Assembly (NCBI GenBank): GCA_964016885.1
Contig: CAXHJY010000953.1
Span: forward strand, 1-55,685
DNA: 55,685 nt
Direction of reading: 5' to 3'
Origin: Eledone cirrhosa
Taxonomy: Eukaryota
In this document: piece after piece, positions 45,848-55,685 of the stretch
Position numbering within the stretch: the stretch's first letter is position 1
Layout of the letters: each line of letters begins with the position of its first letter
The notes under the pieces: model-generated
The model's database searches: none
What the model was told of the DNA's origin: nothing
What the model saw: the letters and a program-made list of their open reading frames with translations, nothing else
Translations under genes and position numbers: made by a program

Positions 45848-46390
45848 TATATATATATATGCCTGCATATATATATATATATATGCATATATATATATAT
45901 ATATGCATATATATATATATGCCTGTATATATATATATATGCCTGTATATATGAAACAAAATGGCGTAGGATAGAAGAAAGAAAAGGCACAGAAACGAAG
46001 TAGGGAATCCCCAGTCACTGAAGAGGACAAAGAGTGTGTGACGAAAGGACTATGACTATATATAAAACAACTATCTGCTTGTGGAACCAACCAACCAACC
46101 AGAAATTTATAATTTATAGGTTTGTAGATTTGTAAATTTATGAATTTATAAATATATAATAAATTGAAGTGAAAGCAACTGGTGCGTGTGTTTCTTATTG
46201 GCAACATGACCCTCCCAAAGTATAACAATATCGGTTTCAACACACGATTTCAGATAAAGAATCTTGCTAAACGAATTCAGAAACGAAATATATATATATA
46301 TATGCCTATATATATATATATATATATATATACATGCCTATATATATATATATATATATATGCCTATATATATATATATATATATATATG

Positions 46391-46424
<34 letters not shown>

Positions 46425-46425
46425 C

Positions 46426-46456
<31 letters not shown>

Positions 46457-46483
46457 TATATATATATATATATATATATAAGC

Positions 46484-46584
<101 letters not shown>

Positions 46585-46632
46585 TATATATATATATATA
46601 TATATATATGCCTATATATATATATATATATA

Positions 46633-46682
<50 letters not shown>

Positions 46683-46746
46683 CATACCTATATATATATA
46701 TATATATATATATATAGGCATATATATATATATATATATATATATA

Positions 46747-46842
<96 letters not shown>

Positions 46843-46858
46843 CATATATATATATATA

Positions 46859-46947
<89 letters not shown>

Positions 46948-47042
46948 GCCTGCATATATATATATATATATGCATATATATATATATATGCCTGTATATA
47001 TATATATATATATGCATATATATATATATATGCCTGTATATA

Positions 47043-47100
<58 letters not shown>

Positions 47101-47112
47101 CATATATATATA

Positions 47113-47146
<34 letters not shown>

Positions 47147-47160
47147 TATATATATATATA

Positions 47161-47216
<56 letters not shown>

Positions 47217-47260
47217 GATATATATATATATATATATACAGGCATATATATATATATGCA

Positions 47261-47342
<82 letters not shown>

Positions 47343-47356
47343 CATATATATATATA

Positions 47357-47398
<42 letters not shown>

Positions 47399-47410
47399 CA
47401 TATATATATA

Positions 47411-47458
<48 letters not shown>

Positions 47459-47538
47459 CATATATATATGCATATATATATATATGCATATATATATATA
47501 TAGGCATATATATATATATATACAGGCATATATATATA

Positions 47539-47590
<52 letters not shown>

Positions 47591-47628
47591 CATATATATA
47601 TATATATATATAGGCATATATATATATA

Positions 47629-47670
<42 letters not shown>

Positions 47671-47682
47671 CATATATATATA

Positions 47683-47718
<36 letters not shown>

Positions 47719-47980
47719 TATGTATATATATATATATATATGCATATATATATATATATGCATATATATATATATATGCATATATATATATATGCATATA
47801 TATATATATATGCATATATATATATATATATATATATGCATATATATATATATATATATGCATATATATATATATATATATATATATGCATATATATATA
47901 TATATATATATATATGCATATATATATGCATATATATATATATATATATACATGCCTATATATATATATATATATATATG

Positions 47981-48072
<92 letters not shown>

Positions 48073-48094
48073 TATATATATATATATATATATA

Positions 48095-48372
48095 TTGTTA
48101 TACTTTGGGAGGGTCATGTTGCCAATAAGAAACACACGCACCAGTTGCTTTCACTTCAATTTATTATATATTTATAAATTCATAAATTTACAAATCTACA
48201 AACCTATAAATTATAAATTTCTGGTTGGTTGGTTGGTTCCACAAGCAGATAGTTGTTTTATATATAGTCATAGTCCTTTCACCACACACACTTTGACCTC
48301 TTCAGTGACTGGGGATTCCTTTCTTCGTTTCTGTGCCTTTTCTTTCTTCTATCCTACGCCATTTTGAAACAA
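48095..48372 (-). mobile_element. Inverted family A PLE terminal fragment (HHR variant at 48266-48310)
   Basis: Reverse complement of ~45952-46228, separated from it by ~1.8 kb of TA-rich repeat. Confidence 0.85.
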
Positions 48373-48400
48373 AATATATATATGCATATATATATATATA

Positions 48401-48454
<54 letters not shown>

Positions 48455-48462
48455 TATATATA

Positions 48463-48500
<38 letters not shown>

Positions 48501-48508
48501 TATATATA

Positions 48509-48588
<80 letters not shown>

Positions 48589-48626
48589 TATATATATATT
48601 TATATATATATATATATATATATGCA

Positions 48627-48679
<53 letters not shown>

Positions 48680-48681
48680 GC

Positions 48682-48776
<95 letters not shown>

Positions 48777-48799
48777 TATATATATATATATATATATAT

Positions 48800-49060
48800 A
48801 TTGTTATACTTTGGATGGTCATGTTGCCAATAAGAAACACACGCACCAGTTGCTTTCACTTCAATTTTTTATGTATTTATAAATTTATAAATTTATAGAT
48901 TTGTAAATTTATAAATTTATATATATATAATAAATTGAAGTGAAAGCACTTGGTGCGTGTGTTTCTTATTGGCAACATGACCCTCCCAAAGTATAACAAT
49001 ATCGGTTTCAACACACGATTTCAGATAAAGAATCTTGCTAAACAAATTCAGCAACGAAAT
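48800..49060. repeat. Hairpin made of two opposed family A terminal fragments
   Basis: ttgttatacttt..gtcatgttgccaataagaaacacacgcacca..cttcaattt (48800-48868) pairs with its complement at ~48930-49000. Confidence 0.85.
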
Positions 49061-49142
49061 ATATATATATATATGCATATATATATATATGCATATATAT
49101 ATACATATATATATATGCATATATATGCATATAAAGACATTT

Positions 49143-49174
<32 letters not shown>

Positions 49175-49223
49175 GCATATATATATATATATATATGCAT
49201 ATATATATATATATATATATATA

Positions 49224-49261
<38 letters not shown>

Positions 49262-49283
49262 TATATATATATATATATATATA

Positions 49284-49371
<88 letters not shown>

Positions 49372-49570
49372 TATATATATATATATATGCATATATATAT
49401 ATGTATATATATGCATATATATATATGTATATATATGCATATATATATATGTATATATATGCATATATATATATATATGTATATATATGCATATATATAT
49501 ATATGTATATATATGCATATATATATATATGTATATATATGCATATATATATTGTATATATTTATATATA

Positions 49571-49625
<55 letters not shown>

Positions 49626-49650
49626 GCATATATATATCCATATATATATA

Positions 49651-49689
<39 letters not shown>

Positions 49690-49977
49690 TCGTGAAAGTA
49701 TTTTTAAGACAATATAGAGCATTTGTAGTTTTTTCCAAATTGAAGGATGAGTATTTAAACTTTATTTTATTCAGCGTTAAGGATCTATTTGTTACTCCCT
49801 GGATTTCAGATAATCTGTGGATAAATCTATGTCTTGATTTTTGTTTTAATTGAGTTTGAATTATTTTCACACATCTTACGTTAATTATTTTTCCATTTTG
49901 GCCTTATAGTCACTTATATATTATGAAATATATACAATATATTAATAAACGGAAACTATATTTATAAACCCATAATT

Positions 49978-50043
49978 TATTTTATTATATATATTTCAAG
50001 GGCAACAAAGGTAAATTATGGTGCGCTTTCATCAGATAAAATA
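49978..50043 (-). ncRNA. Family E hammerhead, second copy
   Basis: TATTTTAT-CTGATGA-AAG-c-GCACCA-loop-TGTTGC-CCT-T-GAAA-TATATA-TA-ATAAAATA. Perfect 8-bp helix I. Confidence 0.65.
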
Positions 50044-50449
50044 CAGATTTGTTTTATAAATAAATATTGGACATACCCGACTTAACGGTTGGAGCTTCCT
50101 GGATAGTGGAGATATTTTATTGAGGGTAATACAAAGTTATGAGTGAGTATGAAAATGAGTGTCCGAAAAGTTGAAAATATAACGGTTTATTTAAATTAAA
50201 CTGTTAGAAGAAGAGGATATGTAAGGGAGCGAGATGAAAAGAAGGATAAATAGATAAGAAGAAAGAAAGAACGATTATACAAAGTGATAGTGAAGAAAGT
50301 CCAAGTGAACGAGGAAATAAACAGAGCGTATATATATCTAAGTGAAAGAATAAGTGAAAGAAGAAATAAGATTAACGTGGAAGAATAATATTTAGAATGT
50401 AGGTTGCATTAGGTTGTGGTTTATAAGGATAAGTTGAAAAATTAGATTA

Positions 50450-50640
50450 AAATTAAAAGGATTACCTCAAATATTTCAAAAATAATAGAGAATATTTTGA
50501 AAAAACGGAAAAAATTATTGTTAAATCAGATAAAACCAACAATCTTTATGGAATGCAAAAGGATGAGTACAATAATCTTATATTGAAGGAATTATGGAAG
50601 AGCAACCTATGATGACCTTGAACGACTCAATACTAATTTT
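50450..50640 (+). pseudogene. Possible PLE RT N-terminal relic
   Basis: Reads [22 protein letters not shown], resembling the PLE 'xDK' pre-RT motif (compare VYLPSDKGKEFCVISRETYNNL in the PLE at 55 kb). Confidence 0.45.
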
Positions 50641-50654
50641 TCAACTTATTATAA

Positions 50655-50685
<31 letters not shown>

Positions 50686-50953
50686 TACATCTATATATAT
50701 ACATATATATATACATACATACATATATATTTATACACATATATATGTATATATATATATATGTATGTATACACATATATATGTATATATATATATATGT
50801 ATACACATATATATGTATACACATATATATGTATATATATATATATGTATACACATATATATGTATATATATATATATGTATACACATATATATGTATAT
50901 ATATATATATGTATACACATATATATGTATATATATATATATGTATACACATA

Positions 50954-51027
<74 letters not shown>

Positions 51028-51074
51028 CATATATATGTATATATATATATGTAAAACCACAGACCCTCAACTCA

Positions 51075-51112
51075 CCTTTTGAAAAGCAGAAGAACTGCGA
51101 AACCGGTAAAGG
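51075..51112 (+). ncRNA. Minimal hammerhead with U3-A8 core variant (family G)
   Basis: CCTT-TTGAAAA-GCAG-aagaa-CTGC-GAAA-CCGG-TA-AAGG. All helices pair, GUA triplet. Confidence 0.75.
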
Positions 51113-51270
51113 AACCAAATAAATATATATATTTTTTTAAAAAATAAGACTTCAGTTGCATTTTCGATTTCATCCCTTTTTCTTTATACTTCCACTCGTG
51201 TAGGACACCTCGGTTATTTTTCATTTTGTAAAAAAAACCTCACTTTCTAATATATATGTATATATATATT

Positions 51271-51314
<44 letters not shown>

Positions 51315-51500
51315 CATATATATATGTATATACATATATATGTATATATATATATATGGGGTCTTACTGGTTCCTATTACCCACTCTACTACCCCAAGTA
51401 TTGAGTACTTTGGTGCGTTATGGTCCACCTGGTTCCGTACCACATTTCCTTCGTTATATATGTATATATATATATATATATATGTATATACATATATATG

Positions 51501-51555
<55 letters not shown>

Positions 51556-51564
51556 GTATATATA

Positions 51565-51976
51565 TAACTTTGAATAACTTTGAAATGTTTTGGCCAGTAT
51601 TGGCCCAGGCCATGTCTAACTTAATAGCACCACCTGGCGAAGTCTTTCAATTCAGGATTTGGGCACCATGGCCCATTCGAGAAGAGAATTACTGTTTGCG
51701 GAGACATATCCGGGTGTGGGTGGTTTGTCCGGGATTACTTGGAGGAATTTGTCCAAAGACTTCTTGAATTTTGTGTGGTCAGTTTCTGTTTTGACGTGTC
51801 CTGGTGTGATGTTGAAGAGAGCAGGGCCGATTGAGGTGAAATAATTGTGCCGTATTGTTGTTATGAGTTGCGATTTAGATTTTTGAATGGGACGGATAGC
51901 ACGGGGCCCAAGCCTTGGGTGTATCTTGAAGTGATCCCAACATCATTTGGGCAGTGATGATGGAACATTTTCCACA
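51565..51976 (-). mobile_element. Inverted 5'-truncated CR1-group 3' fragment
   Basis: Reverse complement of the LINE 3' end including the TTCAAAGTTA tail, flanked by (TA)n. Confidence 0.92.
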
Positions 51977-52008
51977 TATATATATATATATATATATGTA
52001 TATACATA

Positions 52009-52048
<40 letters not shown>

Positions 52049-52102
52049 TATGTATATATATATATATTTATGTATATATATATATATATGTATATACATA
52101 TG

Positions 52103-52136
<34 letters not shown>

Positions 52137-52150
52137 CATATAAATATATG

Positions 52151-52200
<50 letters not shown>

Positions 52201-52208
52201 AATATATG

Positions 52209-52256
<48 letters not shown>

Positions 52257-52280
52257 CATATATATATATACATATATATG

Positions 52281-52314
<34 letters not shown>

Positions 52315-52337
52315 CATATATATAATACATATATATG

Positions 52338-52387
<50 letters not shown>

Positions 52388-52454
52388 ATATATATGTATA
52401 TATATATACACATATATGTATATATATATATACATATATGTATATATATATATG

Positions 52455-52498
<44 letters not shown>

Positions 52499-52499
52499 C

Positions 52500-52530
<31 letters not shown>

Positions 52531-52579
52531 CATATATATATACATGTAATATATATATACATATATACATATATATACA

Positions 52580-52611
<32 letters not shown>

Positions 52612-52761
52612 AAATACGTAGTTTAGAAAGCCACAACAATGCAGAGGGAAATCTCGAGGTAGGAAGTGAATGATAGATAGGAGAAATAGGATAAAGTGAA
52701 ATTGAGAGAGACAAAGATGATAAAAAACAAAGGTAGAAGGGTTACCGTAGTAGAGATTTAA

Positions 52762-52797
52762 TCCCAATATTTCGGGCTCACGCCCATCAACGGGGAA
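52762..52797 (-). ncRNA. Degenerate minimal hammerhead in the PLE 3' region (family F)
   Basis: TTCC-CCGTTGA-T-GGGC-gtga-GCCC-GAAA-TA-TT-GGGA. Helices intact, two core substitutions. Confidence 0.55.
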
Positions 52798-52989
52798 AGT
52801 TCCAAAAGGGGGGGGGGGGGGAACAGGCTAAGTGGAGAAAGTTGTGATGTCGTTAAAACAGAATCCCGTTATGGGAGAAAAAATTATTTAAAATTTAAAT
52901 GAGGGAAAGAATGCGCGTGCGCGTGATAGGCTGTGGCAAAAGTTACTGACCAAATGGGTTAAACCAAGAGGGTGCGCTAGCGTGTGAAA

Positions 52990-53350
52990 GCCGTAAAATA
53001 TGTGTGTGTAAATATATATGTGTGTAACTGTGTGTGTATATGTGTAAGTGTGTATATGTGTGAGTGTGTGTGTGAAAGATAGTGGGCTGTAGAAGCTGGA
53101 AATCAAAGGGTGTGAAAGGTGGTAGGTTGTAAAACATGTGTGCGTGTATAAATATAGATGTGTGTGTGTAAGCGTATGGGTATACATGTGTGTGTAACTG
53201 TGTGTGTATATGTGTGAGTGCGTGTGTGTGTGAAAGATAGTGGGCTGTAGAAGCTGGAAATCAAAGGGGTGTGAAAGGTGGTAGGTTGTAAAAACATGTG
53301 TGCGTGTATAAATATAGATGTGTGTGTGTGTATGCGTATGGGTATGCATA
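52990..53350. repeat. ~160-bp tandem duplication in the PLE 3' UTR
   Basis: gtgaaagatagtgggctgtagaagctggaaatcaaaggg..tgtgaaaggtggtaggttgtaaaa occurs at ~53072 and ~53230. Confidence 0.85.
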
Positions 53351-53405
53351 TACGTGCCTGTGTGTGAAAATAGCAGGCCGTAAGGGCTGTGAATGGTCAC
53401 TATGG

Positions 53406-55685
53406 TTAAGTTAGCCATGTCAGCTCATTTCTCTCAGCCCGGTTGTTAAGTGGGGGTCTGAGGTTCTTAATAACAAGTGCTTCCTTTATCCTTAAGGATC
53501 CGATGCTGCGTTCAGTCGCTAGGACTGTGACCAAGGGTCTACCCTGTGGGTTTCCCCATTTAAGGATGTGTTTACGGAAGGAAGATGCGTTGGTGTTGAT
53601 ATGTTCCTTGATACGAACATGTAGGGGTCGGATGGTGCTACCTATGTAAAACTTGTTACATTTATCGCATTGAATCTTATATACGACATAGGTGCGTAGG
53701 CAATCTGCCCTCCGTATCGGGCAGTTGCTGAGGGAACACGTCCCATCTGACTCGTCGGGTTTGTTGGAGAGGCATCTTCGCAGCGAAGGTCCTGTGTGGG
53801 CCAAATGTATGTCAAGTCCCTCCGTCCGTATGGCCCTGCGGATGGCGTTCGTGGTATATTCTCTCAGGTGTGGGATTATAAAGAAGCACCTGCTTTTATT
53901 TAAGTTTCTAGTGGGTGTCTGTCTATTGGGTCTGGGGTCTCTAATTCCGTTAATCAGTCGCTTGGGATATCCATTAGACCTGAGTAGATTACGGAATTGC
54001 GTGGTATGGGTGAGACCACCCATCGGGTCGCTGCATCTGTTAGTGATCCGTGTCAGTTCATTTAGGACATAGCCTCTCTTAGCGTTGTTGGGGAGGGCTG
54101 AGTTGTAATGCACAAATAAGTCCTTGCACGCTGCTTTGCGGTAGAAAGTGGTGTTTATGTCTCCTTCTTCCGAGATGTTGATACGGAAGTCGAGGAGGGC
54201 GAGTGACCCGTCTTCTCCTGGGTGTTCGATGGTGAAATCGACGTGATGGTCAGTATCGTTGAAGATTTGGTGAATTTCATTCGCCATCTCCCGGGAAGAA
54301 GTAAGTATCAGGATGTCATCAACGTATCTGGAGTAGAAGGCGACGGCGTTGGTTGGCAGGTATTGAGTGCCTTGCGTTCCAGGTGGTCCATGTACGAGAT
54401 CGCAAGTATGCCGGACAGACTAGAGCCCATAGGTAGCCCAGAGATTTGTTTGTACGTGTGGCCGAGGAATTGAAGAGTGCATTATCCACAACGAAGGAGA
54501 GGAGTTGGTGGATGTCCGTGTGTGTGAGTCCGAAGCAGTGTAAGTTAGATGCTCGGACTCGTTCGGTCAACAGGTCGACGGCTGGGGATGCTGGTACGGA
54601 GGTATAAAGGGCGACCACATCAAGACTGAAGGCATAACCGTTGTCCTTTCTGGTGTTGGGCGCCAGATGGTGTAGTCGCTCCAAGACCTCCCTTGAGCTG
54701 CAGACGTGGGCTGGTAGTGTGTGTAGAATAGGTTTCAGTAGTGTGGAGAGCAGCCACGATATTTTGTAGAGTGGGCCCTCCACGCTAGAGACAATGGGCC
54801 TGATTTTCAAATCGGGTCCTTGTTTATGTGTTTTAACCAGGTGGTAGAAGGTGGGTAGTTTGCTGTTTCGAGTCATTATGTTGTTTTTTACCTTCTTTGG
54901 CAGTTTTCGTTGGACACAGATGTTAGTCCATATGGTGTTAATGCCTTCCTCGATTAGAGTCGAGGAGGTCCCTGTGACTTTCGAGTAGAGGCTGTGGTCA
55001 TTAAGATGTTGGAGAGCTAAGTTGTTGTAGGTCTCTCTCGAGATGACACAGAATTCTTTCCCCTTGTCAGAGGGAAGGTACACAAGGTTCCTGGATCTTA
55101 TGTTGGAGAGAGTATTAAATTGTGCATTGGTGAGGTTGCGTTTATTGTGTGTGTGTGTGTGTTGGGAAAGGATGTTAGAGATAGAATGTTTCAACCTGAG
55201 TAGTTTAGTGTCAAGTTCGTGGTTGGTGGGTGGGGGTGGAGTGGGTTGTCGAGGTGGTACGTGGGGAGTGTGGGGTGGGTTGTGGGGTTGTAATCGACCT
55301 CGGTGTTGTTTTGGATGGCGGTTAGCCATTTCAGTTGATATGCTGTCCGACGGAAGTTGGTTTCGATGTCGAGTTTCAGTCTATCATCGAGACGCTGTGT
55401 AATGATGAACTTGGGTCCGAGGCGCAGAAGTTCGAGTTCGTCGTTGGTGAGGGTACCGGTTAAGTCGGTAACGAGGTGTGAAGCATCGTTGGTAGGTAGA
55501 TCGATGTTGGGGGTGTAGCGGAGGGTGTTGTATAGCTGTTGTCCCTGGTGTGGTTGTAGTCGGTCCGTCTGTGGAGCGGATGTTGTCATTGTAGTATTTG
55601 TTTACAGTCCATTCGTATTTCCGTATAAGGCGCTGTTTATCATATTTGACTCTGGTGTGGTAACACTGATCGATAGCTTTGCGTA
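53406..55685 (-). mobile_element. Penelope-like element, frameshifted RT + GIY-YIG ORF, running off the window end
   Basis: LLRLGPKF, PSDKG, FYHLVKTHK..IRPIVS, FSLDVVALYTSVP, [fs] KQISGLPMGS, [fs] RYVDD (54315-54326), LLDFRI, then VVYKIQCDKCNKFYIGSTIRPLHVRIKEH...RIKEALVI...LN. Confidence 0.95.

Overview
AT-rich, microsatellite-laden eukaryotic (animal) DNA with no recognisable host gene. The tRNA-derived SINE family and the repeat spectrum suggest a cephalopod such as Octopus (inference). Real coding signal is limited to retroelements: a near-full RTE-clade LINE ending in three C2H2 zinc fingers (19228-22881, -), a near-full CR1-group LINE (33096-36123, +) with four truncated copies, a frameshifted Penelope-like element (PLE; RT + GIY-YIG; about 52760-55685, -), the 3' end of a second PLE (1-600), and RTE/CRE relics. 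Most ORF-track entries are microsatellite artefacts. The most notable layer is RNA structure read by eye: at least seven sequence-distinct type I hammerhead ribozyme (HHR) families. One has a 100-116 nt helix II supported by covariation, one has a U3-A8 compensated core, and several sit at the ends or apex of fold-back inverted repeats. The window also holds a putative HDV-like ribozyme relic at the 5' end of a non-autonomous RTE derivative, a 44/45-bp minisatellite born from a SINE head plus its TSD, and two composite tandem arrays. All folds were derived manually and none has been tested.
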